Shown one piece after another: positions 1 to 14,577 of a stretch of DNA of 64,000 nt. A model generated the notes under the pieces. It ran no database searches. It worked only from the letters and a program-made list of their open reading frames with translations, and had not been told where the DNA came from. The stretch comes from Octopus vulgaris (taxonomy: Eukaryota). Position numbers and translations under genes: made by a program. The stretch's first letter is position 1; the number at the start of each line of letters is the position of its first letter. The DNA lies in the NCBI GenBank assembly GCA_951406725.2, contig OX597827.1:37076001-37140000 (forward strand), given 5' to 3'.

Positions 1-1493
1 TGGTATTTGTTCTGATACCCTGTACTGTGAATGCAAATCCTTCAACATCAACTTTGCTTTTCATCCTTTCAGGATTGATAAAAAAAACACAAAAAACTAA
101 AGCACCAATGGGTTGGATTGGCAGAACTATCAGAAGATCAAACAAGATATTCTGTAGTATCTCCTGTGCTTCTTTATATTTTAGCAGCAACACCTGCCTG
201 CAGTGCTACTGATGCTAAGGTGTATTAGACCAAAGTGGTGGCCTGTTCCTTGATTAAACATTTGTGTCATGGACAGGAGAGATTTATTTGAATGGTCAAC
301 TGTCATTTTTCTTCAAAAAGCCTTTTACTAACCTGAAGATATATGATCAGTCTCCCTTAACACATGTTTATTGTTATATTCAAATACTTTATAGGAATGT
401 GTTAACAATATTTGCAAACAAAACATTGCTATTTTCTGTGCCAGTTCTTCTAGATAACCTGGAAATGTCATCACGGATGCGGTAGTGCATGATTGTATTT
501 TATATCATGTTGAAATAAAATGTTGAGCCTTAAGTATTTTGATACCACCTCACCTGAGACCATCCAAGTCTCAGGTGAGGTGTCATTATTAAACTGTTTA
601 TATTCAAATTAAAACTTTGCATCAATTTGATGCCGGAACTTTTCATTAAATCGTTACAAACACCAGCTGGTAGTATCAATAAATGAAAAAGTTAGCTGTT
701 TTACAGAATTCCACCAAAGATTAGATTACTTTAAAAATAAATTGAAACATATGGCCATCATATTTCATTGATAGATATAAAAATACGAAACAGTTAGCTG
801 TCACATTGTCTTCAGCAGCTGAGTGAGTGTCACTCCTTAATTTCATAATTTGCTTTTTCTTCATATTGCAGTCATTTATTGTTGCTATGTATATTATCAA
901 ATTTATTCTTATAATTCTTTCTTCTTCTCATCCTTCGGTAAAATTTCATCTTTATTTTGTGTTTTTTTCTACCCAACCAAAATCAACTCATTGCAGTGTT
1001 TTGCATTTGTTTTTGTCTTATATTCTATAGAATATATTCTGTGGAACATGAGTGCAGTGTCTTATGCTATTTTTTCTCCGTGTTGTATAAAGACTTGAGT
1101 TCGTGTAATGGGGTGGAGTTATATATTTGTTGGTATCATTTTTTAATCATCCCAAAGGTATCTGTTGCTATGGCAATTGCTTCTGTTTTCAGTCCCTACA
1201 TTTCAGTTATCTTTATTTCTTCTTATTTATATTTTGACAGTTTCTCTCTTCTAGAAAAATATTGTCATTTGTTAAAACTGACACATGGATTAGAAGGTAT
1301 TTGTTTTCCTTACAATCTTTGACAATGTTATTTAATCAATTTCCCTCAATGTTCCTTGTATGTCCCTGAATATGGTTCTGTGCTTTTCTTGGGAACTTTC
1401 TGGTGTATGTTTATACTAGCACTTTTCTGTTTGTCTTTTTTAATACTAGCATAATCCTCTGTCTAGGAAACCTCAAACTCTGTTACACACACA

Positions 1494-2706
1494 CATCATG
1501 AATAATGTGTTTTTTTCAATTGCATAAACTAAAAGTCAGAGGGGGACGGGATAAGCCACCTGCATCAACTTGCTATAAAAGCAGGTAGAAATTTTACATT
1601 GTGCTTATTCTTAGAGCAAGTTTTGAAGAGTGCAGTTCAATTTTAACAGTTATCTTTCCAAAGGAAGTGACAAAGAAGCATATTTGGCATATTTTGCTTT
1701 ATGCAAAATGTAATGGAAAGTGCAAGGAATAGTATTGCAGTATATGGGGATCGGACAATAAATGTAAGCCAGTGTCAACAGTGGTTCCAGAAATTCTGAG
1801 CCAGAATCTACAGCCTAGAAGAAAAGCCTCATCCTGGAAGATCTCATCCTGCAAACCCTGGTGGAACAAAATCCCATTGTAATTGTTGAATAACTAGCAG
1901 AGAAGCTTGGATTTGAACATTCAACTATTCATCGACACCTGTGTGCCATCAGAAAAGTTAGCAAATTGGGTCAATGGGTTCCTCACAAACTTTCCGAGCC
2001 TAATCTCACACAGAGTGTGAATGTGTGCTCTTCTTTGCTGTCACATCTCACGAATGAACCTTTTTTGGAGCCAATAATGACTGGTTTAAAAATGTGAAGT
2101 GCTAAAGATGATGGGTAGGGAAAGGAGAAACACTGGCACCCCAGGCTAAAGATGGTTTTCACCCATGTAAGGTGTTGTTATTTGTTTGGTGGGATATGAA
2201 AGGTTTAGTCTACTTTGAAACTTTTAAACCAAAACCAAATGATAACAAAGAAGATCTACTGCTAGCAGCTTAAGTCAGCTCTAGAAGGAAAATGATCATC
2301 TTTGGTTTCAAGACAAAAGGTGTTCTTCCATCAGGATAAAGCTCAGCCACATACAGTGAGGATGCCATTTGAAAGGCTGGAGCAGTTTGAATGGGAAACG
2401 ATGCCCCACTCACCATATTCACTGGACATTGCCCCATCTGATTATCATTTATTCTGTAGTTTTCAAAATCATTTGAGCAGAAAAAATATGAATTCTGTAG
2501 ACGAGGTTAGAAGAGTACTGGAAGAATATTTTTCATCAGGGACAAGTGAATTTTAGAAGAGGGGCCTTACAAGTCTACCAGAGAGATGGAAGAGCTTTGT
2601 AGAAAATGGAGAGTATATTTTAGATTGAAAGAAAACTTTGTTTATCTTAATTTTGTAAAATAAAAGAAGTATAAAAAACCGCATTATTTATGGGATGACT
2701 TGATAT
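1494..2706 (+). mobile_element. Decayed mariner (DD34D) DNA transposon with transposase pseudogene
   Basis: WVPHKL motif at ~1975-1992 and FHQDKAQPH...PYSLDIAPSDYHLF (ORF 2302-2556). Right TIR-like AAAAAACCGCATTATTTATGGGATGA at ~2673-2698, with a degraded left counterpart at ~1497-1517. Multiple stops and frameshifts. Confidence 0.9.
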
Positions 2707-2714
2707 ATTTATAT

Positions 2715-2745
<31 letters not shown>

Positions 2746-3146
2746 CACTAGTGAACAAAAAAGGAGAACAATTAATATTTTTTTTTAATGTCGGAAAAGC
2801 TAGTGAATGTATATATTTGTAATTGGATTCGTAAACACGGTTAGCCATTGCCTAAGTTCTCTGAAAAATCTAAGTTTGTACAATGGTCTTAATAAAACTT
2901 AATAAGAACAATCACTAGTTTCGTCGAAATGTCTCATGAGCAAAATAAGAGAACATATATATATATATATATATATATATAAATTTCAAACACTGTTTAC
3001 ATTTGCAGACTCAATGATTGATTGCTTGGAAGTGACCGGGAGCTGGCATCCAGTAGGGTGGTCAGTGGCCCAGGTCAGTGAAGTAGTCCTCTTCATTAGA
3101 TGCAGGTGGAGTGTTGTGGAATAGTGCATATAACCTGATACAGTGC

Positions 3147-3364
<218 letters not shown>

Positions 3365-3689
3365 ATAGGCTTCTTTTATAAATGTTACATGAGCATATCT
3401 GTGTGTATGTGTGTAACTGATTATATAAATATAATTTATGATAAAAATTTAGTATCATTTTGATAAAAAATCTCATTACAGTTCACTTGCATCTAGTATC
3501 TCTAACTGTCAGTCATTCCCACTCTATTGGTTGTTTTTGTTTCTCTCATTTCCCTTTCAAATGCAAACAATTAACTGAACAACTAAGTAAAGACATTGTT
3601 ATAGCAAGAGAATGGAAACACTGAGACAAAGGTAAAAAAATGAAGAGAATGACTCTAGCTCATGTTGAATGATTTATAGAAAGTATAAA

Positions 3690-4122
3690 TAGCAACATAT
3701 GGATGCGAGACCAGGACACTAAAGAAAGCTGACCAGAAGAGAATTAATGCATTCGAGCTTTGGTGTTGGAGAAGGCTTTTACGGATTCCATGGAAAGCGA
3801 GGCTCACCAATGGAGAAGTTCTCATGCAGATCAGGCCGAAAATGTCGCTAGAAGCTAGGATCACCAAGCATAGATTGGCATAATTCGGTCATATTATGCA
3901 GAGAAAATCCCTGGAGAAGGACATCATGCTCGGAATGGTCAGTGGCAAGAGAGGAAGAGGCCGACCAAGAACCCGCTGGTTTGACACCATTAAGAGTGAT
4001 ACCGGAATGGACATAGCCAATCTGAAAGAAGCGGCCCAGGGTAGAACTGACTGGAGGACACTGATCCAACAAGTAACCGAGAGTCGACTTTGACTGAGCG
4101 GATAGCTAGATAGATAGATAGA
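3690..4122 (+). mobile_element. 5'-truncated RTE-clade (BovB-like) LINE 3' end
   Basis: Translates to YGCETRTLKKADQKRINAFELWCWRRLLRIPW...FGHIMQRKSLEKDIMLGMVSGKRGRGRPRTRW, the typical RTE/BovB C-terminus. Ends in a (TAGA)n tail. Confidence 0.88.
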
Positions 4123-4879
4123 TAAATCTTATAAATGGGAGCAAATCCAACAGCTTCAAATGCTAAAGTGTTACAAAAAAAAGGTATTTATAGACATATA
4201 GCATATTATATATATATATATGGATATTATTATCCATGTCTCTTTTACTCCATCATGTTGGATGTTAGCTATGAAAGGGCTTTTGTTGTCAATACCTTAC
4301 AATGTCATTCTGCTGTCCATTCAGTTTAGTCTTCAGTTGTGTTGTTTTAACAATTCGTGTTACCATTTCTCCATTCTACTCACACCTGTTTCTTATCTCA
4401 ACTCCTCTTTTATATTTTTGCACCCGCCCCACCGAAAGAGAAAACAGTTTTATTTTTCTTGTAACTATGTCTATTAGTTTTTCTTTATTCTTTACTACAT
4501 ATGTTTATATTCCAACCATAGATATGTTATAACTGCATTTTAGTTACAGAAAACACCTTTAACTGCTTTGAATATATATGTGTGTGTGCATGTGTGTGTG
4601 TGTGTGTGTGCATGTGTGTGTGTGTGTGTGTGTGTGTGTGAGAGAAATTGATAAATATAATCTTACAGAATAGTTTTTTTGTATCTCAAATACAGTCGTT
4701 TTTCTTATTATTTTAAACTTGAATCTTGCTAATTCCCTTAGCTTCTAGCTGAGAGTAGAATATATCTCTAACTTATTGATGCAGCTCTAGAGTATTCCTG
4801 TCTGTTACTTTATATATTTATGTATTTATTATTATTCTTATCATTATTTCCATTTCACTTCTCAGAGCTCTCAATTTTA

Positions 4880-5530
4880 CTTGCTCTGGTTAATTCTGTA
4901 AGAGCAGACAGCAACATGTTGCCAAAGGTCTCACAGGTCCCCATAATACTTAACACTCAAATATCAATATAAAAATTCTTGCATTCTTTTGAGTATGTTT
5001 GACTCTTATGTCAATTCCAATTTTTCCAGCAAATTTATCAAACCTGCCTATTAATGCCTCCAGTGCCCCAACTACTGGGATGACAGTTATTCCCTTCATC
5101 ACCCACATTAATGCTATTTTGTACTTTTCAATTTTTTTCCTTCTTGTGCATTCCCAGGTGTGGCTATATCTGTGATCTTTGTTTCTTCCTTTTGTCCACT
5201 ACTACAAGGTGTGGTTTCCAAGCATCACTCATGGAGCCACACTGGATTGTAAAATCCCATAAGATCTTATACTCATTATTCTCAGTGACATTTTCTGATT
5301 CATGCTCATACCATTTCTGTATTCTTTCAAGACCACACTTCTCCAATGAGCAAACTGAGCTTCTTTTTGTATTCCTTTTGGGCAAGCTTGTTACACTCAC
5401 TCACAGTATGTGTGATTGTTTCATTTTTTCTGCCACACATCCTACAAAGGGGTGATTCACTGCTCTTGTCTATTTTGAATTTGGTGTGATTAGTTCTCAG
5501 AGCTTGTTCTTGAGCATTGCATATCAATGG
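4880..5530 (-). mobile_element. Decayed R4/Dong-like LINE, C-terminal CCHC and restriction-like endonuclease region
   Basis: Minus-strand ORFs give AQEQALRTN...CRMCGRKNETITHTVSECNKLAQKEYK and WYEH...KILWDFTIQ...KPHLVVVDK, characteristic of RLE-type LINEs. Confidence 0.8.
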
Positions 5531-6189
5531 AAGACTTAAAATAAGTAATCCTCAATCAAAATTACTTTCATTTAATAATATATATATATATACATACAAC
5601 TCTTCCACTAAGTTCCACAAAATATTTCATCCTCACCGCCATACTTATTTCTATGAGATTATCTGTTGCCATTCTCTCCCTCATAACTACCAAATGAGAG
5701 GTATCACTGACTTGAATTTTGAAATGCCTTTTTGTCAAGTATCAATTTGTTAAAAAAGCTTTATTTATAACAGTATTAACAAATGGAATATTTTACCACG
5801 AAAGTTAAAAAACATTTTTGCGCTGTCAAATTTCAAAAAATTATTAAAAACCCACCTGCTGCTGAACCAAACACATTTATAAACTTTATTTTATAGGCCT
5901 ACAGTATTTATAACATTTGTGATATTTTATATTTCCAAACTTAAAGAGATTTACTTTTTATATATGTTTTTGACTGCCTTGCTAAGGAAGTTTCTTTTTT
6001 TATAATTATTGATCTATTTATTTTTTTATTTTTTGACCTCCTACCAACTTGCCCAAATCAGCAAAGCTGCCAAAGGGCTTAATTTGATTATTTATGTAAT
6101 TTCTGGAAAACATTTTTGTAATCTTTACTTATTGTAATCTATAAAGAAAAATATTCAAAGTGAATTGGATTAATAATAATAATAATTAT

Positions 6190-6900
6190 TATTTCTAAAA
6201 ATTCCTCAGTGCATCTTTTCAGTTCACTTTTCCAGGTATTGGTCTCTCTTTCCCTTCCATTTCTTTGATATTCATTTTTATTTTCCAGTAGTTTAATCTT
6301 TTCTCCATTTTGTTTTTTAAATGTTTTTGGGTGTGTCACATTTTCACTTGGCATCATGTTGCTATTTCTAACAGCAACAACCAAAAGTTCAATCTGCTGT
6401 TTGATGTACCATCCCAGAATGTTTTCCTCATTGACATCACAGATCTTGCATCCTGTGAGACCTCTTCCTACGTTATATCTATACATATGCAGTCTATCGA
6501 TATCACTTTTAGGATGCAGTTCTTTGTTCATTGTCATCATTTTCCTGGTTTTTCTATCCTTTTCCTCAAGTTGTTCTTTGTCCACCAAACAACACCTGTA
6601 CTGTATTGTATTAAGGAAACAGCCCATGCATTCATTGCCCTGATAGTAGACTCCTTCCATTGAGTCTACTATCCATAATTAATTTGGATCTCCTGAGGTA
6701 TTCCCATGTAAAGCTTTCCTTCATCTTACTCCCCTTGATTTTTCGTACATATCCATCCATCCCAACATCTTTGATTCTCTTGCTATTAGGTAGTTCTACA
6801 CCATCAGAAGACACCGCTTTGCTTTTTTTTTATGATAAGAATACCACATTTTTTAATCTCAAATTCCATCCTGATATACTTACTGAATATCTGTACTGTC
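6190..6900 (-). mobile_element. Decayed R4/Dong-like LINE, post-RT region
   Basis: ORF 6139-6660 contains DRKTRKMMTMNKELHPKSDIDRLHMYRYNVGRGL. It has the same orientation as the 4880-5530 fragment and is probably the same or a sister copy. Confidence 0.75.
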
Positions 6901-7177
6901 TGGCATCTGGAATGTTGTCATATGTTCATTGCCTTCTACCAGCTGAACACTGCAATAGGTGGAAGTTCCACTTTAATAATATTTAGAGAGCTAGTGGTGG
7001 ATAAGAATGATGATATTCTTGGGGAAACTCTTGGCATTGACAAGGTTGAATTATGGTCTGTTCAGTAGAACTTGAAGACCAAGGATTGCTATGGATAACT
7101 TTTAGAAATATTTGGCCTAGCAGCACTACTGAGAGACACTACTAGTTAAAAATAGACTCTACAAGCATGGAAATACC

Positions 7178-7410
7178 TATTTCTTTACTACCCACAAGGG
7201 GCTAAACATAGAGGGAACAAACAAGGACAGACAAAGGGATTAAGTCGATTACATCTACCCCAGCATGTAACTGGTACTTAATTTATCGCCCCCGAAAGGA
7301 TGAAAGACAACGTCGACCTCGGCGGAATTTGAACTCAGAACGTAGCAGCTGACGAAATACCGCTAAGCATTTCGCCCGGCGTGCTAACGTTTCTGCCAGC
7401 TCGCCTCCTT
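7178..7410 (-). mobile_element. Full-length tRNA-derived SINE (family A; tail ends AGTAAAGAAATA)
   Basis: Minus strand has A-box-like TGGCAGAAACG, B-box-like GAGTTCAAATTCC and a central TTTCATCCTTTCGGGG..GATAAATTAAGTACCAG core. Perfect 16-bp TSD CAAGCATGGAAATACC at 7162-7177 and 7411-7426. Confidence 0.92.
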
Positions 7411-10400
7411 CAAGCATGGAAATACCACCAAGCAGCACTGTCAAAGATGCATGCAGAGTGATAAAATCATGCAGCATGCAGTAATGTAGTGTTCAAGCAT
7501 TGCTGACTTGTGGAGTTATGTTGTATGTAGGATGGATATCGCTATCAGCTGAATACATACTGTAGATAATCTTGCAAGTATTATAACATAGCATCCTATA
7601 TCTTCTCACATTTAGAATTTCCAGCTTATTCTTAAGATTCTCACAATTTCTGTTGTTATTTCTCCTTTTTCCTCATAACTAGATATCCTTGCAGTATATT
7701 TGTATTTGTCTTGTACACAGAAAACCAGTTTTGCTTGTTTTGGTGCTATTTTATTAATTTTCCATTATTCTTTATCTGATTACTTTGGTAGTTTTACAGT
7801 GGGTAATAAGTTTTCTACTACCCTGCATTCATGATAAATATAATCTTTCTCAGTTAGATTTTGGGCTGCGTATTCTAAATGTAGTCAATTTTCTTCCTTT
7901 ATATCTAGTGTTGCTATGTCCAACTGAGAATTGCATAACCATGTATCATTACTGAGATAGCTACAGTATTGGTGTCTCTTAGTTTACTTTTTGCATTTAA
8001 CTCTGTTTTAACATTTAAATTCCTACAGTGATCTCTTTCCTGTTAGAAACTAGAGATTTTGATGAAAATGCAGTTAGTCCAGTATAAAAGCATAACTATG
8101 GTATAAATTTGAATGAAAGTTGGTGATAGGATGTAATGATTGTTGGTGTACATTGGGAATATATGATTTACCTGTTGTCATATCATTGTCACGTGTAGAA
8201 TATAGTTAAGTCAATTACAGGTAAATGTTTTTACATATATTGAAGATATTGGTTTCTAGGCATCATTTTTCTATCCTGGAACTGAATTTGTGCTCAGAAT
8301 TCTCTGTAACTTGAAAACTGCACAACTTCCATTAGCAAAAGTATTCAGAGATACACTTTCCTCTTTTCTATTGATGTAACGAAAGTGACATCGTCTTGTT
8401 GATGTGCATACCTTGTCGTTTCAGCGTACATCTTGGCAAAACTTTTCTTCAGGAAAATGTTAGAGAAAATGTTTAGTAAGTTTTGCTTCAAAGTTCAACT
8501 ATTTTGTAAGGCTCACATTACTAATGGAAACATCACCTTGTGTGCATTGGGAGCATGAAATGAGTTGTAATAAATAGAGATTGACTCTATTCATTGAAAT
8601 GAACAACTTTTTGACTGTATGTCTGTCTTCCTCATTCAGAATATGCAGAAATACAAAAATTCAAAATTAGAAATGAAAATCCTGCATTACTTTCTGGACA
8701 AAAAGGCGTCATCAGTTTTCACCTGTTCATAACTTGTAGCAAGGAAACAGAAAAAAATGAAGAAAGAAAGAAAAAAAAAAAAGAACCCAGTCAAAAAGTT
8801 TTGTGTAAATCTGATGGAATTTCCCTGTCAATTTGTTCATTGCTCCAGGGCATGACATTAGTAATTTACAAATATATTTATCTTTATGTGTTTTAAGAAC
8901 TGAAAATGCAATGACTTCAGAATATTTTCTGACAATCAGTACTTTCAGGTGTTCCTTAAATTTACAGCTGTTTGATAAAATGTTTGGCAAGTTCTGTTGA
9001 ATTATTGTTATTGTGCCTGACATCATAGCTATAACCATTGAATCTTTATTTAATTTTTCTTTTGCGCAACCAAGATATATCAAGTTATGATTCATACATT
9101 TTGCTGTAAGCACCAAATGGAAATTTTTGAAGGTCTCATCTTCAGTATAAATCATAACATTTCTGTTATAATTTACTATGGAGTGGACTTATTTTTTTAC
9201 ACAATGAACAGGGCTTACCTTGCTTGCAACTGTTTTTAGGGATACAGTATTCAGAAACTCCAATGGAGTTTTTATTAAGATAGGGGCTAACATCTGAAGA
9301 AATATTTGCATGAAATAAGGATATTTTTCTGAAATATGTTGGTAACTTTAATGGACATTTTAGAAATACCAGCGAAATTTCAGTGTCAGTTAATCACTAA
9401 AGGAATACAGTCATAAATTTTACTTCATATGCTAAAATTAGGAGTGAAAGTTTGATTTTCTTTGCTAATTTTAGCTATGTCATTTGCAATTTCCTTCAGT
9501 TGTGATTCACAACAACTTTTGACACAATGGTACACAAAAGTATTTGCATGTTTCTGATAACCCTCTATGTCAGTACAAATCTGTTTTATCTTCAGAAACT
9601 GGGATTTTGGATTTGACTTATTGTCTCATGTAGATGGTTGGAACATGATATCAGGCACACTAACAGTAGGTATCACTATGAATTTTTGAAAATATTTAAA
9701 TGTAATTTCTACTGTACTTTTTCTTGGAAAGTATACAAAAAGAAACATTTTGATACCTCATTTGTGAAATTTGGATGAATATTTTAGGAAATAGGACAGG
9801 TCAAATGGTCAGTGAATTGGTTGAAATCTTGTCTGATTGCTCTAAATGGTAATTAGCCATATTTGTGATGTCATATTTTAAAATCTGAGGTGATAAGCAT
9901 CTCCAAATTACACAAATTAATAGTGTCCCTGGTATAGCAGTTGCCTTTTCTTTTTCTTTTTTCAGGTTCTTGAAAATAAAACATTTTTTGGCAATATTTA
10001 TGTAAAGTTTGTATTGTTACATGTAATAAACTGTTGATTTCATGTTGTTCTCAGACCTAGCTAAATAAAAAAATACAAACTATAGGGACTTGAGTTTTAA
10101 TATATTTGTAGTAGGTATAGAACTAAATATTTTCTGAGATTTGGGGGCATGATATCATTTCAATAACATTTTAATGGACTATTAAAAATGGTGGAATTTT
10201 GAATCAGGATGCCCACATAAGTTGGATTTTCTCCTTTTTGACTGGTATTTTTCCAATGTATTTTTTCACCACTGCCTTGAAAATGATGGGGGAGAAGGAG
10301 TGAACTTTTTATGAAAAAATTTTTTTTTGAAAATTTATGATTTTTTTTCACCTGCCCTCTTGACCGATTTTGGCCAATATTTTTTTTTAATACTACACAC

Positions 10401-12521
10401 GTGAAAACAATGGGTGAAACCTTTACAGAAAAAAACGGAAAATATTTTCAAACAAAAGGTGTCTGATTTAATGAAGATTTAGCTGTTGTTTCTAGCACAT
10501 TCCACGACCACCTGGCACCTTTCACAGAATTGTATGCAGACCTAGATTAAAAAAAAAACAACAAAATATGAAAACTAATTCCTTCATTTAGCATTAGAAA
10601 CATCTGTAACTTAGAATAAACTCATTTATAGGAGCAAGAGATTAAAAAAGAACAATCCAAAATGAACCAGCACTACTTGTGAATATATAAATACTACCAC
10701 AAATTATCTGACTATATTCAAAATCAAGTGGAAAAAATCACTTCAGACTTTAATAATCTACAAATAATATTCATTGCACAATATAATTTTTATTGATGAA
10801 ATTTGACCAATATTTCTCAAATGAAAATTAAATTTACATGTACAAGAATATCTGCTTGGTAAAATTTGGATGTTGCTCTCCACAGCAAGAGGGAATAAAC
10901 AATAGATGATTCCATGCTAATTTTGGACTCTAGAAGAATTATGTAGCTCAATTTAGTGCACTTTTCATAGAAATATGTTTAGTTTGTAATTAATTTGTCC
11001 ATTTGAAATTCTTCTCTAGCTCAATATTCGAAGCCTTAGATTCATGTTCCATTTGACTTCTCAACATGCATTAATCCTATATGAGCAACTGTGGTAGCAC
11101 TATCCTCTTTATTGATTTTGCACTTTTAGCCACATCATGACCAGATTTGGCAGTGACTGTTTATATTTGTGAGAAATTTTTCTTTCTTATGATATAAAAA
11201 TCTCAAAGAAAATATGTTCTTTTCACTTTTCATAATGATTATCTGACCTACCTCCATTGATTTCTGTAACAAAATAAAGCAGAAAAAGTCCTCTTCAGGA
11301 CTGTGTGATTTTCAGCACAAATCAAGTTATAATGCCTCAGTGCATTGAAGTAGGATGAAAGCTGTCATCTAGCAGTCAAAAATATAAAAACTGGACAAAG
11401 TTTGTGAATGGGCGGAAATATCATGATGATTGAAGGGCACTGGCACAAAATGTGACAGATTTTGATCAAAACTATATGAGAAGAAAGAACTTTCTAATGA
11501 TATATAATTTTCCACCGAAAAAAAAAAAAATTTGACATGAAAATGATCAAGCAAAGAGTGTGTGTTTCTGCATGGCCAAACTGTGCTTGTCTTCCTTCTA
11601 CAATGCTCTATAGTGATAATAGTGATACATAATAACAATAATTTGATGAAATTTGTTGAATATTTTCTGAAATGGTTGTAAATTTGAGGAACACCTGAAT
11701 ATATACATTCTCAGAAAATATTCTGTTACCACTGTACTTTCGGTCCTAAAAGCACATGAGAATAAATATATTTGTGAATTACTAATGTTACTCCTTGGGG
11801 GAATGAACAAAATGGTAGAATTCCATCACATTTACACAAAACTGTTTGACTAAGTGTTCTCTTTCCTGTTTTCCATGTTCTTCTTACTTTCTTCTTTTCT
11901 CTTTCTTTTCTTTGTTACCAGTTGTGAACAAGTGAAAATTAGTGACATCACTTTGTCTAGAGAGGAATACAGGCTTATTCCACTTCAAATTTTGAATTAC
12001 TATATTCTGCATATTCCTCATTTTGAACCCAGGGAAGACAGACATACTGCTGAAATTTTGTTCAATTCAATAATTAGAGTCAATCTGTATTTATTACACA
12101 TCATATTGTCCTCTTCCTCCTCATCTTCTTCCTCTTCTTCTTCTTCCCTTTCCTCCAGTATGGATATAAAATGGTTTTCCATTGTTTTTTCTTCATGTTA
12201 ACTGCGAAATTTTAACACAAGGTCTGTGTCATATGGTTGCTTTCTAATATGAGTTATTCGAAGGAGGAAAGGTTTTAGGAGTACTTGCATGTTTGCCTTG
12301 ATATTCAGCCATTCCAGGTAATATGAATTTTGCTTTTTTTTAAGGATTGAACCTAATGCTTCAAGGATAACTGGTACAGCTTTCATTTTTGTTTCTGGAT
12401 ATCTCTACTTTTAAATCTTTTCAGATTCTCTCTACTTACTTGTTTGCAATATATATATATATTGGTAAAAACGGTAAGGTAACAAAAGAAAGAAAGAGAC
12501 CTTATGTAAATAGAAGAATGT

Positions 12522-12665
12522 ATCTGTAAAATAATATGTGACAATTATTCAGTAGCCAAGATAAAACTCTGAGTTTCGGAGATGGCGGTGTGGATTTCCA
12601 CCTCGGCATCCGAAACTCAGAGTTTTATCTTGGCTACTGAATAATTGTCACATATTATTTTACAG

Positions 12666-12667
<2 letters not shown>
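12522..12667. repeat. Perfect ~59-bp inverted repeat (foldback) with 28-bp spacer
   Basis: 12522-12580 is the reverse complement of 12609-12667. It lies within a ~200-bp segment flanked by (TA)n. Confidence 0.93.
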
Positions 12668-12723
<56 letters not shown>

Positions 12724-14412
12724 TGTCTGAAAGGATTAAAACATCTGTTATAAGGCATTCTCTTTTTTATTACCATGTATGATGATCTTTGGTTTCTTGT
12801 GAAATGTTTAATTATTTTGTCTATCTCAAGTCTTGGTTTACCAGGTTCATTCACACCTTTTCCTGATACATGAGTGTACGACTTGTTTGAAGTATTATAG
12901 TCATACTTTTTTTTTTTAGAAAATGTTGAATTTAAATAGAAGCAAGTCTTACCATGACATCATTTGTATTCCTTCTGCACTAACATTTCATGGCCTTCTG
13001 CAAGATAATCAATATTTCCTACTTGCACTTGTTTAACAAACAAAATGATGGAGTAAATACTGTTGTTCACTGAAATAATGTTTAGTACCCTGATCTTGAG
13101 CAGCCACCCACAAACTCTCAGTTTTTCTCTTTAAATCTTTGAAGCCACTCCCACAATGAGTCAGGATTTTTCACATTCTTGATGTCTCCATGGCACTGTT
13201 CAAGTAACAGCATTTCTTTCAGCATTCCCTTTCTTTCACAAATTGTTCTGCTTTGGTAAGTTTTCTTCTATTCAAGTAAGTCCTAGTTCTATTGCAGCAG
13301 ATTATATTATTATTTTTGTCTTATATAAGAAACCATCATTTGGAATTGATTCCATGCTACAAATGCTGATTTTATCTGATTTTTTTTCTTTTTGCAACAA
13401 GTCATATAGATGCTGTGACTGTTTTTTTTCCAACTACAATTTATCATCATATTTTTCATTCTTATTCATAGTATCGATAGTGTACATATTGTCAGGATCT
13501 CTCCTTAAAACTGTGGAGCCATTTAAGCTTTATCTATTTATGCTTAATAAAACCTGTGAAAGTCATAATGAAATTCTTGGTTTCAGCTCTCGTTGCTAAC
13601 ATTGTTGCTTCATTTCAACACTGCCATTTTTTCTTCTTCCAGATCCAAAGATTATGGAGGGACATTCAAGAGAATTAATTTCACAGAAAATGCTCTGATA
13701 TATTATTATTTTACATCTAATGTCAATCACAACAAGGTTTGTGTTTTATATCTCCATTAGAATTTTAGATTTATTATTCCATTCTTGCATGATTCGGATC
13801 TTGTTTTGCGAAAGCAAATGCTTTTTTTTTTCCTTACAGTATTTCCTACAATAAACTATGAAGTTGAATCTGTTCTTATTTGTTTAGCTTCCTTTTCATA
13901 ATAGTAGGGGTGTGAGTTGAGTAAAATTTGACTGCATTGTTGATTCATGGAATAAGAACCGAAACTGCTCTTCTTGTTAGTTAAGCAGTGTTATGTACTC
14001 AGTAGTACAGCACAATGACTACTATGGTAAGAGGTGACCAACACCTGTACAGTTTAAGTTGGTTGGCCATTTGGTCTTCTACCTTAAACTGTACAGTTGG
14101 TGGTTTCTTTACACATCCAGTTCCTCCTTGTTGTTGATTCATTTTCTTTCTTTTTTCTTTACCTTGTAACTGTCAAAATTTCGGTGTGTTTGACATGTTT
14201 GCTGTATTTGTGTCCATGCATACACAAATGCATGTTTATGTTGTATAAAACTCACCTTGAGATAACCATACACTAATATTTTTACAGTAAAGCTGTTATA
14301 TGAAAATGTTTATGTGAGAATATAATTTTGCATTCTCATTTCCATAAATATTTTGATACATGATAGTAATATTTACCTTCTATGTTAAAAACTAAAATTG
14401 ATTTCATTCAAG

Positions 14413-14448
<36 letters not shown>

Positions 14449-14526
14449 TGTATGTATGTATGTATGTATGTATGTATGTATGTATGTATGTATGTATGTA
14501 TGTATGTATATATGTATGTATGTATG

Positions 14527-14577
<51 letters not shown>

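Noticed and set aside
8380-9700. Possible very old hAT-like transposase remnant on the minus strand (ORF 8727-9155)
   Set aside because: Only faint motif resemblance (KCMNHNL), and no termini could be identified.
10140-10440. Inverted similarity with 19040-19450 suggesting one 9-kb element with TIRs
   Set aside because: Similarity is patchy and consistent with two independent old copies of a dispersed repeat. No TSD was found.
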